Below are positions 48,353-64,000 of a stretch of DNA of 64,000 nt, piece by piece. The translations under genes and the position numbers were made by a program. How positions within the stretch are numbered: the first letter of the stretch is position 1; every line of letters begins with the position of its first letter. Source of the DNA: an uncultured delta proteobacterium (GTDB taxonomy: Bacteria > Myxococcota_A > Polyangia > Haliangiales > Haliangiaceae). Where the stretch lies: the NCBI GenBank assembly GCA_963848295.1, contig CAWKDB010000010.1, positions 1,824,001 through 1,888,000 on the forward strand, in the 5' to 3' direction. The notes under the pieces are model-generated. The model saw only the letters and a list, made by a program, of their open reading frames with translations. It did no database searches and had not been told where the DNA came from.

Positions 48353-49408
48353 TCAAGCAGCGGCTCCAGCCCCTGGCTGGGACAACGACAAGAAGCTATG
48401 CGGTTCGAGCGCGGTCGCGAGCATCACGTCGTTGATGTCCTCGTGAGCGCGGTACGCGTCCGAGCGTCGATGTACCGCATCGGTCCAGAACGACATGATC
48501 GCACGGCGCAGATCCGCATAGCGCGCGAGGTCGCGCGCGTTCATTTCGTCCGCCGCGGCGAGGCCGATCGCGAGCCCGAGCTCGCGGAATGCGAGCCGGT
48601 GGCTCGCCGACAGGCGCAGATCGGGCTGCACGACGTAGCGCTCGAGACCGATGCGCGCTCCGTTCACGAGGGCATCGCGAAGGTCGCGATCCCGATCGAG
48701 CTGTGCGAGGCGATAGGCATCGACGAGTAGACCGCCGATGCCCAAGGGATCGGCGGTCGCGAGCGCCGATCTATCGATCAGGGCCCGGAAGTCCGCACCG
48801 GCTCCTCGGAGGTCGGGTGCGCGAACCGCGAGGGCTTCGGCGGTCGCGTCGACCTCGAGACACGTGACGAAGCCATCGACGGGATCGTGCTGTCCCATCG
48901 ACGCGACCTGCGGTCGTGTCAGATCGACGCTCATCTTCCAGTGCATTCGCCGCCGGCCGCGCGCCTCGTAGACGAAGCGCCGGTGCGCGACGTCGGCGAG
49001 CTCGCACGCCCATGCCGCGAGCTTCGCGTTCCCGGTCATGCTCGCCGCACGAGCGAGTGCGTGCATCCACTTCGTGAGGTAGTGGAAATACTGGCCGTCG
49101 CGATCCCACTCGAGCCGGTCGTCGATCGGCTCGCCCGGGCCGCGCTCGGCGAGCGGCTTGCCGATGCGAAGGCCGCCGATGGTCGGATGCATCGCAGCTT
49201 CCGCGTCGGCGAGTCCGCTGATCCAGCCGCGGCGATCGCCGTCCGCACGATGGCGGCCGAGCTCGCGATGTACGAGATCGACGAGCCGGAGCGCGAGGTC
49301 GCTCCGCCCGAGACCGAGGAAGTTGCAGACCGCAAACGCGTCGGTCCAGAGATAGCGACGTTGCGACGCCGATCCCGTGAGCCCTGTTCGCTCGGCGAAG
49401 CTCGTCAT
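48353..49408 (-). CDS. Conserved-looking hypothetical protein (start may lie slightly upstream)
   Basis: Motif-like blocks RRYLWTDAF, DRDGQYFHYLTKW, HRLAFRELGL, HEDINDVM; helical composition. Confidence 0.8.
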   Translation of the reverse strand: MTSFAERTGLTGSASQRRYLWTDAFAVCNFLGLGRSDLALRLVDLVHRELGRHRADGDRRGWISGLADAEAAMHPTIGGLRIGKPLAERGPGEPIDDRLEWDRDGQYFHYLTKWMHALARAASMTGNAKLAAWACELADVAHRRFVYEARGRRRMHWKMSVDLTRPQVASMGQHDPVDGFVTCLEVDATAEALAVRAPDLRGAGADFRALIDRSALATADPLGIGGLLVDAYRLAQLDRDRDLRDALVNGARIGLERYVVQPDLRLSASHRLAFRELGLAIGLAAADEMNARDLARYADLRRAIMSFWTDAVHRRSDAYRAHEDINDVMLATALEPHSFLSLSQPGAGAAA

Positions 49409-49465
49409 CAGATCGATCGCGGTCACCACATCGCCAACATGGCTGCGAATCACGCCGATGCAACT

Positions 49466-49557
49466 CGCAGAATCTGCGTGGTCGGATTGCGGTCGCGCCA
49501 ACGTTGCGCGGGTGCCGGACTGGCGCCTGCTCCTTCGGGCACGGCACGTCGCATGCT
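49466..49557 (+). promoter_or_regulatory. Paired palindromes plus sigma54 promoter of the pcm fusion
   Basis: CGCA-GAATC-TGCG (49466-49478), CGCGCC-AACGT-TGCGCG (49494-49510), CGGCACGTCGCATGCT (49542-49557). Confidence 0.75.
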
Positions 49558-49569
49558 CTTGGCTGCCGT

Positions 49570-53986
<4,417 letters not shown>

Positions 53987-54010
53987 CTGGTGCTCGCGTG
54001 CGCGACCGAT

Positions 54011-54099
54011 CGCGCATTCCGCGCGGTCAAATGACCGGCGCCGCAAGCGCTGCGCGATCGGCCATCCGCTGCGGTCGCACGGCTGGCGATGTTCCTGCA
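54011..54099 (+). promoter_or_regulatory. Paired imperfect palindromes plus sigma54 promoter
   Basis: CGCGCA-TTCCG-CGCGG (54011-54026), CCGCA-AGCGC-TGCGC (54041-54055), TGGCGATGTTCCTGCA (54084-54099). Confidence 0.6.
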
Positions 54100-54111
54100 T
54101 CGAGTCGTTCC

Positions 54112-54810
54112 ATGTCGGAGCGCAAGTGCCTCACGTGTCCGCTCACCGCCCGGCTCACCCAGATCGATCTCGACCGGACGCGGCTCGGAATTGTGATCGA
54201 GGCCTGTGACCGCTTCGAGCCTCGCACCGCGATCGCGTGCAGCCGCGAGTGCGCGCGCCGGATGGATCGGCGCGAGCGAGCCGAGGGCGGCGGTCCCCGA
54301 GAACGAGTCCTTGTCGTCTTTTCGGGCCGCGACGGCCGGAGCGAGGTGGTCGCGCGTGTCCTATCGGAGACCTTCGTTGGCGACGGTTTCGACGTCGAGC
54401 TCGGGAACGCCGACACGGGTGCGGCGCCTCCTGCCGATTACGACGCGATCGTCATCGGCTTGGCGCTCCGTTTCGGCGTCCGCGCGCCGAACGCCATCGA
54501 CTACATCATGCGTCATCGCGACGTCCTCGGAACGATGCCCGCATTCGTGTTCTTCGTCGCGCACGACCTCGTCGCGCGCGGTACAGACGAGTACCTCCGC
54601 AGGTTGACCCGGCGCACGCGCTGGCAACCTACCGACGCGGCGACGTTCACGCCCCCGCACGTCGAGCACGGTGCGCTCTGGGGCTGGCTAGCGTGGTTTC
54701 GCGATCACTCGAGAGCAGCATCCACGCGGGTGCTGGTCGATTGGTCGCTGCCGGTCCGGGCTTGGGCGCTGCAGATCGCGGACGCCGTTCCGACCAGCGC
54801 CGGCGCATGA
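54112..54810 (+). CDS. HemG-like flavodoxin-domain protein with a Cys-rich N-terminal extension
   Basis: VLVVFSGRDGRSEVVA, DYDAIVIG, DW..VRAWA resemble HemG-type flavodoxins; N-terminus CLTCP...C...CSREC. Confidence 0.7.
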   Translation: MSERKCLTCPLTARLTQIDLDRTRLGIVIEACDRFEPRTAIACSRECARRMDRRERAEGGGPRERVLVVFSGRDGRSEVVARVLSETFVGDGFDVELGNADTGAAPPADYDAIVIGLALRFGVRAPNAIDYIMRHRDVLGTMPAFVFFVAHDLVARGTDEYLRRLTRRTRWQPTDAATFTPPHVEHGALWGWLAWFRDHSRAASTRVLVDWSLPVRAWALQIADAVPTSAGA

Positions 54811-55738
54811 GCCGCGGCGCGAGTTCGCCCGGACGACTCCTCCGGATCCAACCGATCGCGGTCGAATAGTCGACTTCGGGGCTCTCGGACTCGTGAATCG
54901 ACGTCCACAGCCACACGACGGTCCACCGAGCACTGGCCGTGCCGGGAACTCTCCGGTATCCGCGGACGCGAGCGCGAGTGCGGGGACTACTACGACGTAG
55001 TACCGGCGGCGCCGACCGAGAGCCGGGTAGCGTGAGGTGATCCGCAGGGGCTCGATGAGGGAACCGGATCGCTCGAACATCCGCCACGCGGCGCGCATCG
55101 TCACCGCAACGGAAGCGCGCGAGTGGGTCGCCGAGGGCGCGCAACGTCTTGCCGTCCCAGCGAGCGCATCCGTGCGAAGGGATGCCGTACACCTCGGCCT
55201 CGTCACCGGATCGGCGCGCCAGCTCGGCGAGCTCGCTCCAGCCGTCGGCCTCGCCGTGGGTGTCGAACGACGCCGGCACGACGCCGAGGCACGCGAACAC
55301 CTCGGGCTCGCGACGCGCCGGAAACCGGATCCAGTGCCGACCGAGCAAGATCGCGCCGGCCGAGATGCCTTCCATCGGTTTGCCAGCCAGGGCGAGCTCG
55401 CGAACATAGGGCGCCAGGTCGCGGTCGTCGATCAACGCCATGCCGCGCTCGACATCACCGCCGGTGAAGAACACGAGGTCCGCGTCGGCGAGCTGGGTGC
55501 GGATCGCGCTCGTGGTCCGACTCCGCTTCGAGAGCTCGATCGGGACGATCCTCACGCGCGTGCCGAATACGAGCCGTTCGATCCGCACCGCGAAGCTTGG
55601 ATCGTCGTTCGCCGCGGCCCCGACGAACGCGATCATAGGCCGCGCAACGCCGATCGCGGCGATACATTCGCGGTGATAACGAACGGACTGCCGTGAAGTC
55701 TCGGGACCAGCCCCTGCGATCAGATATGCACTCGACAC
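54647..55738 (-). CDS. Peptidase S51 (dipeptidase E/cyanophycinase-like); domain ends near 55060, remainder is a probable read-through tail
   Basis: ADLVFFTGGD, GISAGA nucleophile, CLGVV...FDTH; TG-n-TACGCT -10 box 8 nt upstream of GTG 55738. Confidence 0.75.
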   Translation of the reverse strand: MSSAYLIAGAGPETSRQSVRYHRECIAAIGVARPMIAFVGAAANDDPSFAVRIERLVFGTRVRIVPIELSKRSRTTSAIRTQLADADLVFFTGGDVERGMALIDDRDLAPYVRELALAGKPMEGISAGAILLGRHWIRFPARREPEVFACLGVVPASFDTHGEADGWSELAELARRSGDEAEVYGIPSHGCARWDGKTLRALGDPLARFRCGDDARRVADVRAIRFPHRAPADHLTLPGSRSAPPVLRRSSPRTRARVRGYRRVPGTASARWTVVWLWTSIHESESPEVDYSTAIGWIRRSRPGELAPRLMRRRWSERRPRSAAPKPGPAATNRPAPAWMLLSSDRETTLASPRAHRARRAGA

Positions 55739-57021
55739 CGCCCGCCAGCGTAGCATTCGCGAACGATCCGGCGCGCAGCCTCGCCGAGCTCGAGCGCGGC
55801 CTCCGCGAGGTCCAGGCATACGCCGCATGGCGTGCGTTCGATCCCGGACGCGCCACGGCGATCGACGAACGCTACGCGGCCTTGCCGACGACGACCAAGG
55901 AGCTGACGATCGCGCACGCGCCGCGCGGGTTCGTCCCGCAGTCTGCCGATCTCGATGCCGCGCTCGCGGCCCGTGATGCCGAGCTCGTGCGGACGAGCGG
56001 AACCACCGGGCCACCGGTAACGCTGGTCTGGAGTCAGGCATGGTGGGACGAGTCGGAGCGTCTGAGCTCCGCGCTGAACGCGTACATCGCCGCGGTCGCG
56101 GCCGGCGATCGCGAGGCCGTGCTCGCATCGGCTCGTTGCGTCGGCCCGGGACAGCGCGACCGCCCGCGTTCGGTAGCCGAGCGCACGCTCGGGCGCCTGC
56201 TGTTTCCCAACGAGCACGCCGATGTCGCGCGCTGGACCGACGAGGACGTGCGTCGGATGGCAGGCGAGCTCGTCGACTTCGAGCCCGCGCTGCTCGAAGC
56301 CGAGCCAGCCTACCTCGCGGCGTTCTGTGCGCGCGCCGAGCGGCTCGCGATTCGCTTGCCACGCCCGCGTGTGGTCACGCTCAGCTACACGAACCCGTCA
56401 CGGGTTGAACGCGTGCGGATCGCGCGCGTGTTCGGCGCACCGATCGCGAGCTCGTACGGATCGACCGAGACCGGCACGGTGCTCGTCGAGTGCGAGCGCG
56501 GTCGCATGCACCACAACGCCGCGTCGTGTCGAATCGATTTCGTGCCGCTGCGCGATTCGCCCGCGATCGGGAAGCTGCTGGTGACGCCGTTCGGTCATCC
56601 GTTCGCATGCTTTTTGCGGTTCGACGTCGGTGACCTCGCGCGTCTCGCGACCGAGCCGTGCCCGTGCGGGCGCCCAGGCGGCGCGATCGAACGCATCGAG
56701 GGTCGCGTTCAAGAAGCCACAGTCGCGAGCGATGGGCGGATCATCACGGTCGCCGCGCTCGACGATGTTGTCGCGAGCGTGCCGACCTGCGAGCGCATCA
56801 TCTCGTACCAGCTCGAGCAGCGCGCCGAGGGCGTACGCCTGCACGCGACTGCGACAGCCGCGTTCGATGTCGCGCAGCTGGCCGACACTCTCGGCGCACT
56901 CTACGGACGGTTGCCGATCGCGGTCGAGCGAGTTGCCTCGCTGGAGCCCGAGCCATCCGGCAAGTACGCGCGCGTTCGGCAGCGGATCGTGCTCGAGCAG
57001 GCGACCTGGTTCGCGAGCTGA
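55726..57021 (+). CDS. Phenylacetate-CoA-ligase-family (PaaK-like) adenylating enzyme
   Basis: LPTTTK, RTSGTTG, YGSTETG, RFDVGD, CPCGR, IEGR, SGKY. Confidence 0.8.
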   Translation: MHSTPPASVAFANDPARSLAELERGLREVQAYAAWRAFDPGRATAIDERYAALPTTTKELTIAHAPRGFVPQSADLDAALAARDAELVRTSGTTGPPVTLVWSQAWWDESERLSSALNAYIAAVAAGDREAVLASARCVGPGQRDRPRSVAERTLGRLLFPNEHADVARWTDEDVRRMAGELVDFEPALLEAEPAYLAAFCARAERLAIRLPRPRVVTLSYTNPSRVERVRIARVFGAPIASSYGSTETGTVLVECERGRMHHNAASCRIDFVPLRDSPAIGKLLVTPFGHPFACFLRFDVGDLARLATEPCPCGRPGGAIERIEGRVQEATVASDGRIITVAALDDVVASVPTCERIISYQLEQRAEGVRLHATATAAFDVAQLADTLGALYGRLPIAVERVASLEPEPSGKYARVRQRIVLEQATWFAS

Positions 57022-57052
57022 ATTTCTCATCCGACGCTCGAACGGCGATCGA

Positions 57053-57141
57053 GCGCAGGGTTTGCGCCGGTCGCGCGCTGCACCGCAAGGTCCGCGCGCA
57101 TCTCGAGCGAACGGGGGCGACATCATGGAATGCGCCATGCA
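57053..57141 (+). promoter_or_regulatory. Paired palindromes plus sigma54 promoter of the BON-pfk operon
   Basis: GCGCA-GGGTT-TGCGC (57053-57067), CCGCA-AGGTC-CGCGC (57083-57097), TGGAATGCGCCATGCA (57126-57141). Confidence 0.7.
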
Positions 57142-57154
57142 ACCTGCCTCCGTC

Positions 57155-57814
57155 ATGAAGCCAGACTCCGACCTTCAGAAGACGGTGATGCAGGCTCTCG
57201 CTCTCGATCCCCACGTCGACGAGTCGGCGATCGGGGTCTCGGTGCGGCACGGAATCGTCACGCTCGATGGGATCGTCCCCACGTATGCCGAACGCGACGC
57301 GGCGGCTTCAGTCGCTCATCACGTGCTCAGCGTCCAGGACGTTGCCAACGAGATCAGCGTGCGGCCCGGCTGGCACACGACACCGAGCGACTCGGAGGTC
57401 GCCGAAGCGGTCAGGAACGCGCTCGCGGAGACATCGACGGTCCCGCACGAACGGATCCAGACCACGGTGAGCGGCCGCGGCCACGTCATCTTGAGCGGCA
57501 TGGTGTCGACGCTCCAGCAGCGCGACGATGCGGAGGCGGCTGTCCGCGCGTTGTATGGCGTCGAGATCGTCACCAACTTGCTCGAGATCGCGGCACCGGC
57601 GACCTCGACGTCCGTCTTACGCGATGCGGTCGAACATGCGCTCGAACGTCACATCGAACGGGACGCCGGTCGGGTCGGCATCGAGGTTCGAGGCGAGACC
57701 ATCGTCGTGACGGGCTCCGTGGAGTCATCCGCACAACGTCGGGCCGTCGTCGGAGCCATCAAGGGCACCGCCGGCGTCAAGCGCGTCGACGATCGACTGC
57801 GCGTGGCGAGCTGA
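57155..57814 (+). CDS. Triple BON-domain protein
   Basis: Three repeats of I.V.V..G.V.L.G.V......A......GV..V.N.L. Confidence 0.9.
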   Translation: MKPDSDLQKTVMQALALDPHVDESAIGVSVRHGIVTLDGIVPTYAERDAAASVAHHVLSVQDVANEISVRPGWHTTPSDSEVAEAVRNALAETSTVPHERIQTTVSGRGHVILSGMVSTLQQRDDAEAAVRALYGVEIVTNLLEIAAPATSTSVLRDAVEHALERHIERDAGRVGIEVRGETIVVTGSVESSAQRRAVVGAIKGTAGVKRVDDRLRVAS

Positions 57815-57820
57815 GGTCCC

Positions 57821-59095
57821 GTGGCGAGGACCTACGTTGCACCCCAAGTGCTTGTCCCGCGATTTCCGTCTCCCTTGTCAGGTCCGTTCGTGGCCGACGA
57901 CGCGCGCACGCTGGCCGCGATCGAATCGCACTCGGGCCTGTCGGTCGACCTCGACGCGGCGTTCGAGAAGGCCGGCGCGCGTCCCACCATCGCCTTCGAC
58001 CCACGCAGCACTCGCGCAGCGATCGTCACCGCGGGAGGTCTGTGCCCCGGGACGAACAACGTCATCCGCGCGATCGTCCTCGAGCTTCACCATCGCTACG
58101 GGATCCGCGACGTCTTGGGATTTCGTTACGGCTTCGAAGGCATGGCCGCCGCGAACGACCTCCCGCCGCTCCCCCTGTCCTTGCAGCAAGTTCGCCACGT
58201 CCATCGGCTCGGCGGCACGATGCTCGGCACGTCGCGAGTGCGACAAACTGCGACCACGATGGTGGACGCGCTGCAGCGGGATCGGATCGATGTCCTGTTC
58301 GCGATCGGGGGCAACGGGACCTTGCACGCGGCCGCCGAGATCGTCGGCGAGATCGACCGCCGCCGAATCCCGGTCGCCGTCGTCGCCATCCCCAAGACGA
58401 TCGACGATGACATCGCGTACGTCGACAAGACGTTTGGCTTCGAGACCGCCGTCGAACATGCGCGTGCCGCGATCGACGCCGCGCACGCCGAAGCCCTCGC
58501 AGCGCGGAACGGAGTCGGCATCGTCAAGCTGATGGGCCGCGATGCCGGGTTCGTGGCCGCGCATGCCACGATCGCGAGCGCCGAGGCAAACTTCTGCTTG
58601 TTACCCGAGTATTCCTTCGCTCTCGGCGGAGCTGGCGGACTGCTCGCCTCACTCGAGCGACGTCTCGCGGCGCGAGGCCACGCGGTCATCGTCATTGCGG
58701 AGGGCTGCGGGAAGAGTCTCGCGACCCCGGACGCCGAACGCGATGCGTCCGGCAATCTTCGTTACGCGAGTGCTGCGCTCGATATCGGTCCTCATCTCTG
58801 CGAGGCGGTGAAGCACCACTTCGCGGCCATCGCTGTACCGATCGCCCTCAAGTACATCGACCCGAGCTACACGATCCGCGCGGCGCCGGCCAACGCCTCC
58901 GATGCGTTCTACTGTGCGGAGCTCGGCCGCTATGCCGTGCACGCCGTGCTGGCCGGCCGAACCGGCGTGCTCGTCGGGCGTTGTCACGGGGTCTACGCGC
59001 ACGTTCCGATCGCGCTTGCGATCCAACAGGCGCCGCGCGTCGATGACGAGCTCTGGCAAGCCGTGCGCGAGGTGACCGGTCAGCCGCCGCTCTGA
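57821..59095 (+). CDS. pfkA: 6-phosphofructokinase (PfkA family, long form)
   Basis: IVTAGGLCPGTN, GGTMLGTSR, GGNGT, PKTIDDDI, KLMGRDAG, KYIDPSYTIR. Confidence 0.9.
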   Translation: MARTYVAPQVLVPRFPSPLSGPFVADDARTLAAIESHSGLSVDLDAAFEKAGARPTIAFDPRSTRAAIVTAGGLCPGTNNVIRAIVLELHHRYGIRDVLGFRYGFEGMAAANDLPPLPLSLQQVRHVHRLGGTMLGTSRVRQTATTMVDALQRDRIDVLFAIGGNGTLHAAAEIVGEIDRRRIPVAVVAIPKTIDDDIAYVDKTFGFETAVEHARAAIDAAHAEALAARNGVGIVKLMGRDAGFVAAHATIASAEANFCLLPEYSFALGGAGGLLASLERRLAARGHAVIVIAEGCGKSLATPDAERDASGNLRYASAALDIGPHLCEAVKHHFAAIAVPIALKYIDPSYTIRAAPANASDAFYCAELGRYAVHAVLAGRTGVLVGRCHGVYAHVPIALAIQQAPRVDDELWQAVREVTGQPPL

Positions 59096-60093
59096 CTCGC
59101 CTGGTGTCGCCAGCTCTGGAGGATGCGCATGTAGTTACCGCGCTCGAGCGCGGCCGGGTCCGGGCAGCGGACGAGGTTCATGCAGCCTTGCGCCTCGCGC
59201 AGCGATCGGTACTCGTGCTCCTCGAGCCAGGTCGCGAGTCCGTCGCGAACCGCGGACAGGTGCGAGGGACCGTGCTTGAGCAGCGCGGACACCATTTGAA
59301 CGGCGTCCGCGCCCGCCATCACCGCCTTCACGGCATCGATCGGCGTGTGGACTCCGCCCGATGCCGCCAGCGACGCGTCGATCCGCCCGGACAAGATCGC
59401 GAGCCAGTGGAGCCTGAGCAGGAGCTCCGAGGAGTCCGACAGGTGGAGCACGGGCGCGTACTCGAGCGTCTCGGGATCGACGTCCGGTTGATAGAACCGA
59501 TTGAACATCACGAGCCCGCGCGCTCCCGCGTGCACGATCTCCCGCGCCAGATGCGCCAGCGAGCTGTAGAACGGAGACAGTTTCACCGCGATCGGGATCT
59601 CGACCGCGGTCGTCGCGGCGCGGACGGTCTCGAGCAACCGGCGCTCGACGGATTCGCCCGTCCGATCTGGATCGATCGCCACCTCGTAGACGTTTAGCTC
59701 GAGCGCGTCGGCTCCAGCTTGCTCGATGAGGCCGGCGTAGCGCAGCCAGCCCGATGGCGTCGTCCCATTGAGCGACGCGATCACCGGGACATCGACCGCG
59801 GCCTTGATCGCGCGGATGCGCTCGAGGTAGGCGTCCGGCCCCAAGGCGAACTCCGACCGGGCCGGAAAGTACGTCGTCGCCTCTCCGAAACTCTCGGCGA
59901 CCGCGTCGTGGTGTCCGAACGTCGCCTGGCGCTCAGCGTCGATCTGTTCCTCGAACAGCGAGTGCAGGACGATCGCGGCGGCGCCCGCGTCCTCGAGACG
60001 CCGCACCATGTCGAGGTCATCGACCAGCGGAGAAGCTCCAGCCATAAGTGGATGGGAGAGCTCGAAACCGAGGTAGGTGGTCGAGAGATCCAT
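59080..60093 (-). CDS. Dihydroorotate-dehydrogenase-like flavoprotein (PFOR-associated)
   Basis: DLSTTYLG, SLFEEQI, PVIASLNG, ALELNVY, VKLSPF, FNRFYQPD, ERGNY. Confidence 0.9.
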   Translation of the reverse strand: MDLSTTYLGFELSHPLMAGASPLVDDLDMVRRLEDAGAAAIVLHSLFEEQIDAERQATFGHHDAVAESFGEATTYFPARSEFALGPDAYLERIRAIKAAVDVPVIASLNGTTPSGWLRYAGLIEQAGADALELNVYEVAIDPDRTGESVERRLLETVRAATTAVEIPIAVKLSPFYSSLAHLAREIVHAGARGLVMFNRFYQPDVDPETLEYAPVLHLSDSSELLLRLHWLAILSGRIDASLAASGGVHTPIDAVKAVMAGADAVQMVSALLKHGPSHLSAVRDGLATWLEEHEYRSLREAQGCMNLVRCPDPAALERGNYMRILQSWRHQASQSGG

Positions 60094-60099
60094 GCTCGC

Positions 60100-63717
<3,618 letters not shown>

Positions 63718-63744
63718 CGACCGGTGCCTCGGCGCGCCATGGCG

Positions 63745-64000
63745 CTAGCGCCGCGCCTTTTCGGCTTCGAGGATCGTCACGGTCGTCTTCATGACCGCGT
63801 CGGGGTTGAGCGAGATGCTGTCGATCCCCTGCTCGACGAGAAAGCGCGCGAACTCGGGGTAGTCGCTCGGGGCTTGCCCGCAGATGCCGACCTTGCGACC
63901 GGCCGCCTTCGACGCCTCGATGACCGAGGCGATGAGCGTCTTCACCGCGTCGTTCCGCTCGTCGAAGATGTGGGCGACGATCGCCGAGTCGCGGTCGACG
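63745..64000 (-). CDS. ppsA: Phosphoenolpyruvate synthase, C-terminal part (truncated by the window edge)
   Basis: VDRDS..FDERN.AV, KVGICGQAPSDYPEFARFLVEQGIDSISLNPD. Confidence 0.88.
   Translation of the reverse strand, partial: VDRDSAIVAHIFDERNDAVKTLIASVIEASKAAGRKVGICGQAPSDYPEFARFLVEQGIDSISLNPDAVMKTTVTILEAEKARR

Noticed and set aside
59080..60093. Calling this gene pyrD
   Set aside because: It matches the PFOR-associated DHOD-like family and lacks the usual pyrD substrate-binding motifs and pyr context.

Overview
High-GC bacterial chromosome segment, most likely Myxococcota (inferred from an FHA-domain sigma54 activator, many small Cys-containing lipoproteins, a tandem-PilZ protein and an Mx8-style tRNA-Asp integration scar). 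1-30.7 kb is mostly core or envelope genes: tolQRAB, benzoate-CoA ligase plus hydrolase, an ECF sigma/anti-sigma module facing a DUF3160-like lipoprotein, prs, a MocR regulator pair, clpP-clpX, a two-component system, lon and a VUT-family transporter. tRNA-Val and tRNA-Asp (30.8-31.0 kb) are followed by a decayed island: a tyrosine integrase 3' end that reads into the tRNA, arm-type repeats, and helicase and DUF1801 fragments. An oxidoreductase cassette (BVMO, SDR, MDR) follows. From about 36.9 kb to the window end is a low-oxygen/dormancy-type cluster (USP, CBS, BON, PolX with a BRCT-less LigA, KatG, Pcm-esterase fusion, in-frame GAPDH-PGK fusion, HemG-like flavodoxin, PFK, PFOR, PEP synthase). 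The strongest sequence-level signal is regulatory: 11 sigma54 (-24/-12) promoters in that cluster, 7 with the start codon exactly 14 nt (one more at 15 nt) after the -12 C and no SD sequence (apparent leaderless sigma54 mRNAs), often preceded by GCGCA-N5-TGCGC palindromes. All family assignments are by motif recognition only; no database searches were run.
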